From the IMG/VR virus record IMGVR_UViG_3300026382_000007: DNA of 64,000 nucleotides. One strand, written 5' to 3'. Shown here one piece after another: positions 17,152 to 26,249 of this stretch. The DNA is from a virus. Its lineage: Duplodnaviria > Heunggongvirae > Uroviricota > Caudoviricetes. A program made the position numbers and the translations under genes. Each line of letters begins with the position of its first letter. Position 1 is the stretch's first letter. The notes beneath the pieces were generated by a model that worked only from the letters and a program-made list of their open reading frames with translations, was not told the DNA's origin and did no database searches.

Positions 17152-18156
17152 ATGGGAAAATACGACTGGGGTTCAATGAAAGCTGGATTACAAAAAGGTG
17201 TTGGTGAGAAGAGTGATAAAAAGGATTATAACGATCCTCGTGAGTGGAAACTAACAGTTGATGAAAATCAAAATGGAACAGCGGTTATCCGTCTTCTTCC
17301 GGGAAAAGGTGGTACAACTCCTCCTATTGTAAGAATCTTCGAGCACTCTGTAAGAATCTTTAACAAGAAAAGTAACAAATATCGTTACTTCATTAATCCA
17401 TCTCCTGCTTCAATTCAGGAAGACTGTCCAGCTTCTAAGCTATGGTACGAACTTGGTGACATTGGTACGGATGAGGCGAAAGCTTTACAAAAAGAGGTAA
17501 GTCGTTCAACGAAATTCATCTCTAATATCCTTGTAATCAATGATCCAGGAAATCCTGAAAACAACGGGAAAGTGTTCTACTGGAAATACGGTGTAAAGAT
17601 GTTTGAGAAGTTCCAAAAGGCACTTGAGCCTACTGAAGCACAACTCAAAGTTGGTAAAAAAGGTGTTGAGCTTTTTGATCCTATGCTTGGTGCTGATATC
17701 GTAATTGATGCTCAAAAAGTTGCTGGTTTCCGTAACTATGATGGTTCTACTATTGAAGCACCATCTGCGGCATTCGCTACTGAAGCTGAAGCTGACGAAG
17801 TTGTTGATGAAAAATGTTTTGATTTGACTGAATTCATTTCACCTGATCATTACGAGCCATATGAGAAGTTACTTAAAAATCTTCGCTGGACTCTTGCTGG
17901 TTCTCCTATTGAGGCACTTGCAATTCTAAGTGGTTCTGAAGTTATTACTGAAGAATATAAAGAGAGAGGTAACACAAGCGGAGCAAATGCGAAAGCTGAC
18001 TCTGCTACACCATCTGCTGGTACTGCTTCTAAGCCAAAAGTTGAGCCGACTCCTGAACTGGAAACGACTCCTCAACCTCAGGTTGAAAAACCAAAGCCGA
18101 AACCAAAGCCAGTTGCATCTGACGATGATGTACTTGCTATGCTAGACGATCTTTAG
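17152..18156 (+). CDS. 32: single-stranded DNA-binding protein (gp32-like)
   Basis: DPREWKL..NGTAVIRLLP, CPASK, SNILVINDPGNPENNGKVFYWKYG, RNYDGS, acidic LDDL tail; likely start ATG 17152 after AAGGA. Confidence 0.9.
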   Translation: MGKYDWGSMKAGLQKGVGEKSDKKDYNDPREWKLTVDENQNGTAVIRLLPGKGGTTPPIVRIFEHSVRIFNKKSNKYRYFINPSPASIQEDCPASKLWYELGDIGTDEAKALQKEVSRSTKFISNILVINDPGNPENNGKVFYWKYGVKMFEKFQKALEPTEAQLKVGKKGVELFDPMLGADIVIDAQKVAGFRNYDGSTIEAPSAAFATEAEADEVVDEKCFDLTEFISPDHYEPYEKLLKNLRWTLAGSPIEALAILSGSEVITEEYKERGNTSGANAKADSATPSAGTASKPKVEPTPELETTPQPQVEKPKPKPKPVASDDDVLAMLDDL

Positions 18157-19208
18157 TCATAGACTAAATCGAGTGGCTTATCCGTGGGCTTCCTTTGAGG
18201 CTCACGACCCAAACCACTGAAGTGTTTTATAACATCTTCGTGTAGAGGAAATCTTATCTTGAGACTCCTCTTTAATTCATCCTCTGAAAAATCATCATAC
18301 GGATTAATTCCTGTGATTTTAATGAAATCATCTAACTGATAAATCCTCCAACCAAACTTATGACTATGACGACCATTCTGCCATAACGGAATCCATCTGA
18401 CTACATCCGCATACATAGGGTATTCTCTTAATCCGAGTTTCCGTTGAGTCATTCTATTCTTACTAAAAAGCTCTAGACTGATTTTTAACTCTTTGAGCAC
18501 ATACCCTTTCATGCCTCTTAAATGACGAGCCTGAACTTCCCCTTGCATATCTAGTATAACAATCCGAGTCTTAGGATTCAACTGAAAATGAGGTCTTGAA
18601 GATTTACCGCCTTTCGGACGACCACCCTTATTACTCTTTGGTTTAGGAATCCCTTTTTGAGCTTTGGTGATCGCTTCCTTGTGTGCTGGTGTTAAAGTTC
18701 GTTTACCACCGTATTCCTTTAGTGCTTTGGTTTTCGCTTTAGACTCTTGGGTCTTATTTATATAAATCTCTTCTGGGACTTCATCATTAGTCTGAATATA
18801 CTCTACGAAGAAGTCCGAGCTGAAAGTCGTTCCTGCACCCAAAGTCTCAGAGGTCTTGATTATAAGAAGTTCGTATTCTGATAAATCAGTGATTTGTAGG
18901 CTTCTATAATACCCCTTTATTGATCTTAAAGATTCCTTAATCTTAATTTCAAGCTGACTCTTATATAGTTCAAGTTGATCCGACCGTTTGATTTTACCTG
19001 ACGGCAGCAAAAAGGTCCTGACCCTTTTAAACTTCAAGTTCGAACTATCAGATTCTAAAGACTTAAAAGTATCACCATTAACACTCGAACTCGAATAACA
19101 AAGAAAAAATAATTTATTAAAATAAGTCACTTGGTAAAGATGCATATAACTCATTTCACTACTCTCACTACTCTCACTACTCATTCCACTATTATTCATT
19201 ATACTCAT
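18153..19208 (-). CDS. degenerate GIY-YIG (Seg-like) homing endonuclease derivative with NUMOD3/NUMOD1-like DNA-binding motifs
   Basis: HLYQVTY..FFLCYS (decayed GIY-YIG), TPAHKEAITKAQKGIPK (NUMOD3), IVILDMQGEV (NUMOD1-like); the only plausible minus-strand gene. Confidence 0.5.
   Translation of the reverse strand: MSIMNNSGMSSESSESSEMSYMHLYQVTYFNKLFFLCYSSSSVNGDTFKSLESDSSNLKFKRVRTFLLPSGKIKRSDQLELYKSQLEIKIKESLRSIKGYYRSLQITDLSEYELLIIKTSETLGAGTTFSSDFFVEYIQTNDEVPEEIYINKTQESKAKTKALKEYGGKRTLTPAHKEAITKAQKGIPKPKSNKGGRPKGGKSSRPHFQLNPKTRIVILDMQGEVQARHLRGMKGYVLKELKISLELFSKNRMTQRKLGLREYPMYADVVRWIPLWQNGRHSHKFGWRIYQLDDFIKITGINPYDDFSEDELKRSLKIRFPLHEDVIKHFSGLGREPQRKPTDKPLDLVYD
19168..19195. repeat. 9-bp tandem repeat (actactctc) encoding SES repeats
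   Basis: Seen directly. Confidence 0.7.
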
Positions 19209-19310
19209 TTACAACTCCTATTCATTATGAGCTTATTTACTATATAGATAACTATAACCTCGACATCCACAAGTGACCCTCACTCACCCTGACACATAAC
19301 TACTAAATTT

Positions 19311-19364
19311 AGACTGACTAGACTGACTAGACTGACTAGACTGACTAGACTGACTAGACTGACT
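19311..19364. repeat. 9-bp tandem repeat agactgact x6
   Basis: Six exact copies. Confidence 0.95.
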
Positions 19365-19464
19365 AGGCTCTATTGGGGGTGGTTCAGACGGTAGTTCGAT
19401 ATTAGTCTCTAGGAGAGGGTCACTTTCGGGTGATGAGGGGTTCAGTGCTTTTTTTGCATTTTTG

Positions 19465-19568
19465 GTTTCAGTGTTTCAGTGTTTCAGTGTTTCAGTGTTT
19501 CAGTGTTTCAGTATTTCAGTATTTCAGTGTTTCAGTATTTCAGTGTTTCAGTATTTCAGTATTTCAGT
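19465..19568. repeat. 8-bp tandem repeat (g/a)tttcagt x13
   Basis: Thirteen copies. Confidence 0.95.
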
Positions 19569-19680
19569 GCGGTTCAGGGGTTTATTTTATTTCAGGGCGG
19601 TTCAGGGGTTTATTTTATTTCAGTGCGGTTCAGGGGTTTATTTTATTTCAGTGCGGTTCAGGGGTTTATTTTATTTCAGG
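19569..19680. repeat. 28-bp tandem repeat gcggttcaggggtttattttatttcag(t/g) x4
   Basis: Four contiguous copies with no spacers. Confidence 0.95.
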
Positions 19681-19920
19681 GGTTTGGTCACGGTTCGCAA
19701 TGGGTTTTATACCACGCACAACACTTCAGGGAACTCTTTATTAATTTTATCCCTGATCTCTTAGCTTCTTATTATGGAACATTATCTATGCCCTTAATCA
19801 CCACCTCTTCTTCACGACACGGCATACTTAAGAGTCCTTGATACAAATGCTTGAGACAACACCCGAACAGAGGAGAGGGCATCTGAGGAACTTATAAGTC
19901 ACACAGTCTACTTGATGATA

Positions 19921-19954
19921 GAGTATATATGAGTATATGAGTATATGAGTATAT
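19921..19954. repeat. gagtatat x4
   Basis: Seen directly. Confidence 0.85.
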
Positions 19955-20217
19955 GGTATCAGTTCCCTAAACTTCTTAACTAATCCCCTGGAGTGTTACA
20001 ACGGAGACCTCTAAATATAGACCTTTGAGGTCATGTGTTCGAGGGGATTAGTTAAGCTTGATCAGATCAAATCAGATGTACACGACACAGAGTACAACCC
20101 TTAAAGTCTTAAAGTCTTAATGCTCTAATAATATTATAAAAAGTTTACTATATATGGAAATGTTTATAGGGAACTAGGGAATGATAGAGGGAATGATATA
20201 GAGAACTAATCTTCACA

Positions 20218-20290
20218 TGAACTTCACACAGTCACTTGACAAAAGTATTTTGAACTTCACACAGTCACTAGACAAAAGTATTTTGAACTT
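20218..20290. repeat. 33-bp tandem repeat about 2.2x
   Basis: tgaacttcacacagtcact(t/a)gacaaaagtattt. Confidence 0.9.
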
Positions 20291-20321
20291 AAGCTGGATC
20301 AAAGCAAATTTACGGTATAAT
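20290..20321 (+). promoter_or_regulatory. early promoter inside the non-coding region
   Basis: TAAGC..AAAGC..TACGGTATAAT at 20316. Confidence 0.75.
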
Positions 20322-20356
20322 ACGGTTGGAATGAGAACTATGGAGGATCAGAACTA

Positions 20357-20391
20357 GGTATTGGGAATGGTATTGGGAATGGTATTGGGAA
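20357..20391. repeat. 12-bp tandem repeat ggtattgggaat x3
   Basis: Seen directly. Confidence 0.9.
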
Positions 20392-20721
20392 CTTTTTGAG
20401 AATAAAAACACCACCAAATGGGTTGGAGAATTTTGATGGTTGATGGTGGGTGTTTCGCCCTTTGCATTCCAAACGAACTTTTGAAAAGGGTACTGCGAAC
20501 CGAGGAGTATCCCGAGATTGCCACGAAGATGCCCCGAGGAGTTTTTGAGAATAAATGTCAACTTTCTCCAGATGAAAAAGGTCCAAACTAACTTAGTAAA
20601 AAACACCAAAAAATTTTCGGGGGTGATTTTGGAAAGCCTATCGGGAATTGGAGTGAGGGAGCTCTCCGGGAGATATTCATAAACGAGTTAATTTCTTAAG
20701 GGTATTGAGGTTCAGAAAGTC

Positions 20722-20746
20722 GTTTCCGGAGCTTTCCTCCGGAAAC
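20722..20746 (+). terminator. perfect 10-bp stem-loop
   Basis: gtttccggag-ctttc-ctccggaaac. Confidence 0.55.
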
Positions 20747-20790
20747 CTAAGTAACCTCTAAGTAACCTCTAAGTAAGTTTACGGTATAAT
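20747..20790 (+). promoter_or_regulatory. early promoter with three 11-bp-spaced TAAG boxes
   Basis: ctaagtaacct x2 plus ctaag; TATAAT 20785. Confidence 0.85.
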
Positions 20791-20813
20791 AGAGTAACTA
20801 AAAAGGATTAAAA

Positions 20814-21185
20814 ATGGATTACAAAAGGATTGATCTGGATAAGATCACATTCAAGTACGAAAGATCAATGAATCCTCAGGAGAGGCTCATACAACTTCAT
20901 CAACTGTTCACTCGGGGTTTCGGGTTCAATCCTCACTTAGATTTGAACGAGCACATTGAGGGTTTGTCCAAGGAGCACTATATAAAAGATTGTGTGATAG
21001 CTTACTTGGAAAATGCGAATTGCTACATTACAAAGAAAGATGTGTATTGGTTTGTTGGTCTTGAAAAGGCGAATGAGTCATTTAATAAGTTCTGGGAGTT
21101 TTTAACCAGATCTAGATCTAATGGCCAATACTTGATATTTGACAAAACTGTAAATGCATGGGGATTTACTTATGACAGACTTTGA
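20814..21185 (+). CDS. hypothetical early protein
   Basis: After early promoter plus AAAGGA SD. Confidence 0.6.
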   Translation: MDYKRIDLDKITFKYERSMNPQERLIQLHQLFTRGFGFNPHLDLNEHIEGLSKEHYIKDCVIAYLENANCYITKKDVYWFVGLEKANESFNKFWEFLTRSRSNGQYLIFDKTVNAWGFTYDRL

Positions 21186-21633
21186 ACTTGCAAGAGAACT
21201 AAGGCGGAAATATAAGTTACCTATTATGAAATGTAAGATGCTTACTAACTCATATGAAACTATGGAGGCAATTGAAAATTATATTGCTGGGACAAAACCT
21301 CATCACTTTGAATTCGGAGTATTGGATTACAAAGAGTCGGATGAAATAAAACAACTAAGGAACCAAAAAATGAAAACTGGATATATGACTGTAGAACAAT
21401 TTAATGATTTTGTAACAAGATGGGGCAACTCAACTGATGTTGAAAGATTTGTTGCATTGAAAGAATACAAAAATGAGTTGCCTGATTTTAAAGTAAATAT
21501 TGATAATGATGCTGTGTTTGTTACATTTGATGAACAAGCAGATGAACCCATCACACTTGATTTTGAAGAGTTCGGTTATGTCTTACTTACTGAACTCTTC
21601 AACTTCTCAGGTATCAAAGCGGAGATGGTATAA
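21172..21633 (+). CDS. hypothetical protein
   Basis: Operon packing; start likely MTDFELA at about 21172. Confidence 0.55.
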   Translation: MTDFELARELRRKYKLPIMKCKMLTNSYETMEAIENYIAGTKPHHFEFGVLDYKESDEIKQLRNQKMKTGYMTVEQFNDFVTRWGNSTDVERFVALKEYKNELPDFKVNIDNDAVFVTFDEQADEPITLDFEEFGYVLLTELFNFSGIKAEMV

Positions 21634-21941
21634 TGGGTGCTGGACTTTGCCCTGATTATAACAATCCGAAGCCCATCTATAGAGACCGTTGCTCAATATG
21701 GAAGTTACAATTACATGATTGGGCTTCAATCATGAGTGACCGTTGTTTTATGTTTCAGGGAGAACCTTGTGTTGCTGATGTTGAGGTTTTCAGAAAGTGT
21801 AGAAAGTGCGGTATCATTCAAGAACAAAAGCACACAATGTCAAGCTCATTTTATTGGGAAGACTTGAACTCATGTGAAACAAAAATTGTTGAAGATAAAC
21901 TTACTAAAGGACTTCTTTGGTTTAAGGTGTATCAAAGCTAA
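21633..21941 (+). CDS. Cys-rich hypothetical protein
   Basis: CRKC and other Cys; TAATG coupling. Confidence 0.5.
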   Translation: MGAGLCPDYNNPKPIYRDRCSIWKLQLHDWASIMSDRCFMFQGEPCVADVEVFRKCRKCGIIQEQKHTMSSSFYWEDLNSCETKIVEDKLTKGLLWFKVYQS

Positions 21942-21954
21942 ATTATAGTATAAT
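21923..21954 (+). promoter_or_regulatory. early promoter
   Basis: TATAAT 21949. Confidence 0.8.
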
Positions 21955-21980
21955 ATAACATATTAAAACAAAGGTCTAAA

Positions 21981-22274
21981 ATGAAATCATTTACTTCGGC
22001 TGAAATAGCTACACTAGAACAAAACTACAAAGATATGTGTGATGCGCATAACGAAATTACATTTGACGATGTCACACAACCTATTTTGGATGAGCTTATT
22101 GAATTGATGCAAATTGTTTGCGGAGAAGCTTATGCCGTTCAAGGGATGAATATGCCTCGTTTACCTCACATAGCATTATCCGATCTTGATGCTTCGACAT
22201 TTTACGGAATGGTTGCAAAGCTTACTGAAAGTGCTCGTGACTTGCTAGTGGTAGCTAGAACTAGGAGAGTGTAG
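21981..22274 (+). CDS. hypothetical early protein
   Basis: After early promoter. Confidence 0.6.
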   Translation: MKSFTSAEIATLEQNYKDMCDAHNEITFDDVTQPILDELIELMQIVCGEAYAVQGMNMPRLPHIALSDLDASTFYGMVAKLTESARDLLVVARTRRV

Positions 22275-22585
22275 TGGTGAAAATACTTAAAATACAAGAC
22301 CTTGATAATATTGCTGACCAACTTAAGCTTCAACAAGGGCTTATTATTTCTCTCAATCATGCTTTATACGGAGGATTGAACTCTGAAAATATAAGTCACA
22401 TTTTAAATGTGACTCTTTCGAGGGATTATTCGGTAGATGAAGAATTTACTGGTGCTATGGATGATTATCAAAATGCTCTGGATGATTTACAAAGAAAACA
22501 CCGCAAAGTTCAGGATCTAACTTATAATAGACTTAATAGACTTAACAAACTCAAAACTCAAAGGAAAATTGATGGTTCTAATTGA
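22274..22585 (+). CDS. hypothetical coiled-coil protein
   Basis: GTG start coupled to the upstream stop. Confidence 0.55.
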   Translation: MVKILKIQDLDNIADQLKLQQGLIISLNHALYGGLNSENISHILNVTLSRDYSVDEEFTGAMDDYQNALDDLQRKHRKVQDLTYNRLNRLNKLKTQRKIDGSN

Positions 22586-23669
22586 TTATTCACACTTACA
22601 AATGCGCAATTTATATATTGCTTTAGGAAATGCTCGCCCAAAGAAGAAAAATGGTGTTTTCGTAACTGAAGATTTCATAAAAATGTTTTATCATCAGATG
22701 TTAATGTCATTTAACCTCATTTCCCGTGAATTTAAAGATTACGGTGAAGTGGTTGTGTGTATCGATGCTAGAACTTACTGGAGAAAGGATATTTATCCAG
22801 CATTCAAGGCTCACCGTAAAAAAGATCGCGAAGAAAGTGATATTGACTTTGATGAATTCTTCAAATATGCAACTGAATTTATTAGCTTACTTAAAACCGC
22901 CTTTCCTTACACTGTAATTGAGGTTGATAAGTCAGAAGCTGATGATATTATCGGTGTACTTGCTAAAGAGTACGGAAGAACTGAGAAAGTTGTAGCTGTG
23001 TCTTCAGATAAGGATATGAAACAGATTCTTGAAGACGGTGCGGAGCTTTATGACCCTATTAAAAAGAAATTCATAAGAATGACACCTGAAGAATACAAAG
23101 CTTGGAAATTTGAGCATATTCTGTGTGGTGATGAGGGTGATAACATACCTCATATCAAAAGAGAAACGATTTTCACTGAAAATTACTTAAAATATCTTGC
23201 GACTGAAGGAATTCACCTCAAAGATACAAAAACTCAGACAATTTGTGAGCAATATAATGAATTGTCTATCGCTGAACACCTTTTTGCTAAATATGATGTG
23301 TGGCGAGAGACTAAAAAGGACGGAAAGTTCAAAGATATCTACAAACCGACTCCATTTGGCCCAGCTGGTGCGGTTAAATTCATCGGAAACGGTAAAGAAG
23401 ACCTTGCGGAAAGCTTAAAGAGCAACACTCTTTACATGAAGCACTTCAATCGGAATAAAGAACTTGTTCTGAACGACTATATTCCTGATTATCTCCGTGC
23501 TGAGATTATAGAGGAATATAAGACTGTTGAAAGAACTTATAACTCAAAAGATATGATGTCATTTTTCATGAAGCATGGTTTGACACAGCATATGATGAAT
23601 ATCACTGCTTTTGAACTCCAGGCTCAGAGAATGCACCCTACTACTTCCTCAACGGACGAATGGCTCTAG
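22569..23669 (+). CDS. rnh: T4-type RNase H / 5'-3' flap exonuclease
   Basis: LIDYS, CIDARTYWRKDIYPAFKAHRK, EADDIIG, SSDKD, GDEGDNIP. Confidence 0.9.
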   Translation: MMVLIDYSHLQMRNLYIALGNARPKKKNGVFVTEDFIKMFYHQMLMSFNLISREFKDYGEVVVCIDARTYWRKDIYPAFKAHRKKDREESDIDFDEFFKYATEFISLLKTAFPYTVIEVDKSEADDIIGVLAKEYGRTEKVVAVSSDKDMKQILEDGAELYDPIKKKFIRMTPEEYKAWKFEHILCGDEGDNIPHIKRETIFTENYLKYLATEGIHLKDTKTQTICEQYNELSIAEHLFAKYDVWRETKKDGKFKDIYKPTPFGPAGAVKFIGNGKEDLAESLKSNTLYMKHFNRNKELVLNDYIPDYLRAEIIEEYKTVERTYNSKDMMSFFMKHGLTQHMMNITAFELQAQRMHPTTSSTDEWL

Positions 23670-23686
23670 TCATTCCGCTCCTCTCC

Positions 23687-23693
23687 TTAAATA
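23687..23693 (+). promoter_or_regulatory. late promoter TTAAATA
   Basis: 20 nt upstream of the fibre-like gene. Confidence 0.65.
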
Positions 23694-23712
23694 ATCTTAT
23701 CAAGGAACTCAT

Positions 23713-24603
23713 ATGTCAGAAATTTTACTTAGAAGAGATACAAAGGCGAATTTAATCGCAAATCCCCCAGTTATTGGCGAAATGGTGTATGCTTTCGATA
23801 CAAATCAATATGGATGGCTACATTCCGTTGTTGGGCTAAGATGGTCTACTGAACAAGGGAAGACTGTCATAAATTCTGAGCCATATAATCTTTCAGAATC
23901 AGAATTAGGAACAAATTACGAAGGGAAAATCGTTTTCCAGAATAAATTGAAAACTACTGAGCTGGAAGACAAGGCTGTGTATGAACTTGCTGATGCGAAT
24001 GCGCTTTATCCGAATTCATACGGAATAAAATTCATGGGATTTAGTCATGGTGCTTATAATGGCCAAGCAGAAAATGTTGGGTCTTTTATTGGACCGAAAG
24101 GAGCGAGTCCAGTATGGGAACTTCTTGGATATCTCCGCGAACAAGATGCAGAAGATCAAACTACAGCGAGCAGTGATATGCAAGAATATACAGAAAATTA
24201 TGTCAACAAATATTACAAAGAAGTATTATATTTCACACCGATAGGAAATGCTCGTAGAAACGGTGTTCACACGATCGAAGGAATTGAAGTAGTTCTCGAT
24301 GACTCTAACTGGGTAGTCGATTCTCAAGGTCAGGGTGCATATTTCATGGGTGTAAATCCAGCAGACGGGATTGATGATGGACCATCATCAATCGCGAATA
24401 CACTATCCGCGAGACAAGCTATTTTAGAAGCGATGAGTTCAGATCTAAATGTAGAATATATTTGGCATCACGAAAAGGAAATTCCATTTACAGAATGGAT
24501 ATACTTAAAAGGGGATTGGGTAATAAAAAGTGACAAGTTAGAAGGAAGTGCGAATGTTGACATTTCTAGAATGATTGACGGCACACTCGTGTTCGATTTA
24601 TAG
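23713..24603 (+). CDS. putative short tail fibre/receptor-binding protein with Mtd_N-like N-terminus (paralog 1)
   Basis: ILLRRDTKANLIANPPVIGEMVYAFDTNQYGW; TTAAATA late promoter upstream. Confidence 0.5.
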   Translation: MSEILLRRDTKANLIANPPVIGEMVYAFDTNQYGWLHSVVGLRWSTEQGKTVINSEPYNLSESELGTNYEGKIVFQNKLKTTELEDKAVYELADANALYPNSYGIKFMGFSHGAYNGQAENVGSFIGPKGASPVWELLGYLREQDAEDQTTASSDMQEYTENYVNKYYKEVLYFTPIGNARRNGVHTIEGIEVVLDDSNWVVDSQGQGAYFMGVNPADGIDDGPSSIANTLSARQAILEAMSSDLNVEYIWHHEKEIPFTEWIYLKGDWVIKSDKLEGSANVDISRMIDGTLVFDL

Positions 24604-24611
24604 GGGATGAT

Positions 24612-25331
24612 ATGGCGAATGTAGGAATTATAGAAAAGAGAAACACAAAAGCTGAACTTGAAACTCAAACCTCAATACAAGCTGAACTTGTTTACTCTAC
24701 TGACACAGGCGAATTCGGTTGGCAAGATCCAGCCGGAAGTTTCGTCTGGCAAACATTTTCATTTTCAAATATAGGTGACAATGGACCAGATGGTCCTGGA
24801 TCTAATGGTGACATCTATTTTGAAAAACGAAAAGAGCCAACCCTCAAAGAAGCTAAAAATGAAATAACATTTTTATTTGAAGAGAACTCGCAATATAAAT
24901 CTTGGACATATATGGATTTTAAGGGAATTACAAAAGGGGAAGGAACAATTTCAAGTAATATCGTTTTTGTTAAGATTGAACTCAGGAGAGGGGATTATTT
25001 GGTCGTATTTGCTGCTGCGGAACCAGTAGAGTACATATACATGAACGGAATGACTTTAAAAGTTCCTAGATGGGAAGCTGTTGATGGTGCTTTCTTCTTC
25101 GAGATTAATAGTGGGTTTGTTGAACCAGATATTGTTGCTTTTTTAGCGACAGTTGAATCGATAACCATTGCGAATTATATGGAAATAGATTTATCATATA
25201 CTTTCTTACAAGAAATGAGAGTTTGGGTATATTATGAAGACAAATGGAATGTTAAGAATACGATTTTCATGAATGAATCAGAAAGGGACACATCTGATGA
25301 TCCGACTGGAACATTATATTTACAATTTTAG
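24612..25331 (+). CDS. putative short tail fibre/receptor-binding protein (paralog 2)
   Basis: IIEKRNTKA..AELVYSTDTGEFGW; GDNGPDGPGSNGDIYF; ends DPTGTLYLQF. Confidence 0.5.
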   Translation: MANVGIIEKRNTKAELETQTSIQAELVYSTDTGEFGWQDPAGSFVWQTFSFSNIGDNGPDGPGSNGDIYFEKRKEPTLKEAKNEITFLFEENSQYKSWTYMDFKGITKGEGTISSNIVFVKIELRRGDYLVVFAAAEPVEYIYMNGMTLKVPRWEAVDGAFFFEINSGFVEPDIVAFLATVESITIANYMEIDLSYTFLQEMRVWVYYEDKWNVKNTIFMNESERDTSDDPTGTLYLQF

Positions 25332-25339
25332 GGGATAAT

Positions 25340-26101
25340 ATGACGACTGGAATTATTTTAAGAAGAAAGAACAAAACATTTTTTACCGATTCACCTCCAG
25401 AGTTTGGCGAAATAGTTTTCGCCATCGATACGAATGAACATGGGTGGAAACACACAAATGGATCAATTATTTGGAAAGTGTTTAATACGAGTACGAGCGG
25501 TGAAGATGCACCGACTGATTCAGGGATTGTTGGTGATACATACCTACAATACGGTGTATCACCAACTCAAACAGTTATACAAAACACGATTCACTTTGCT
25601 GAAGACGGTGGAATGATTTACCTCGCGGAAGACAATGGGTTTACTGGAGACCATTCCGGATCTATGGACTATCCCAATGATAACATTCTATTCATTCTAG
25701 TAGATAATGATGGGACGGAAATTGACCCCAATTGGATATTTTGGTTTTATTGTAGAACTCCGATTTTAGGGTCATTTATGATGGGTGGTGTTGAGTTTAT
25801 TTTCACGGTAGAACATTGGGGTTCACTAATGGGTGAGGTGAGTGTTCTATCTGCGGATCCATCTGAGCTCTATGCTGAATTGTTCGTTATGAATGATGAC
25901 CAAAAGGCGGTTTGTGCTGCCATTTCAGATACTCAAGAGACTACTATTGAAACCGTGTCAACTGTTTTCACTCCAAACAAACTTTGGGTGTATGGCGACG
26001 AAGGTTGGGAGTATCTATACAAAGAGGTGTTTGTGAAATCACCTCCGACTGATGAAAGTACGACTAACGATCCTGTCGGGACTTTCTATATACAATATTA
26101 G
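25340..26101 (+). CDS. putative short tail fibre/receptor-binding protein (paralog 3)
   Basis: IILRRKNK..PPEFGEIVFAIDTNEHGW; ends DPVGTFYIQY. Confidence 0.5.
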   Translation: MTTGIILRRKNKTFFTDSPPEFGEIVFAIDTNEHGWKHTNGSIIWKVFNTSTSGEDAPTDSGIVGDTYLQYGVSPTQTVIQNTIHFAEDGGMIYLAEDNGFTGDHSGSMDYPNDNILFILVDNDGTEIDPNWIFWFYCRTPILGSFMMGGVEFIFTVEHWGSLMGEVSVLSADPSELYAELFVMNDDQKAVCAAISDTQETTIETVSTVFTPNKLWVYGDEGWEYLYKEVFVKSPPTDESTTNDPVGTFYIQY

Positions 26102-26109
26102 GAGACATC

Positions 26110-26241
26110 ATGGGTTTAAAATACAAATTTAATATCGGTGTGTACAAACCGAGAAAGATTTCAGTAAAAATTGGAGACAAATTAGTCGGTGTCATCGCAT
26201 GCTTTGTAAAAAGTCCGGATGGCATCAAAAAAGTTTATTAG
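26110..26241 (+). CDS. small basic protein (43 aa, below track cutoff)
   Basis: AGGAG SD; MGLKYKFNIG...KKVY. Confidence 0.5.
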   Translation: MGLKYKFNIGVYKPRKISVKIGDKLVGVIACFVKSPDGIKKVY

Positions 26242-26249
26242 GAGTGAAC

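Larger units (their letters stand above)
19209..20760. other. putative replication origin / large non-coding control region
   Basis: About 1.55 kb with no convincing gene, several tandem arrays, nested inverted repeats and an internal promoter. Confidence 0.5.

Noticed and set aside
19465-19680. CRISPR array
   Set aside because: The repeats are contiguous with no unique spacers, and no cas genes are present; these are simple tandem arrays.
19430-19841. Three overlapping + strand ORFs (FQCFSVSV...)
   Set aside because: They are artefacts of stop-free 8-bp and 28-bp repeats and have no SD.
20310-20609. Minus-strand ORFs 20310..20609 and 20338..20586
   Set aside because: No SD, repeat-derived sequence, and opposite to an internal promoter.
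23713-26101. Diversity-generating retroelement acting on the Mtd_N-like genes
   Set aside because: No reverse transcriptase and no TR/VR repeat pair differing at adenines seen in the window.
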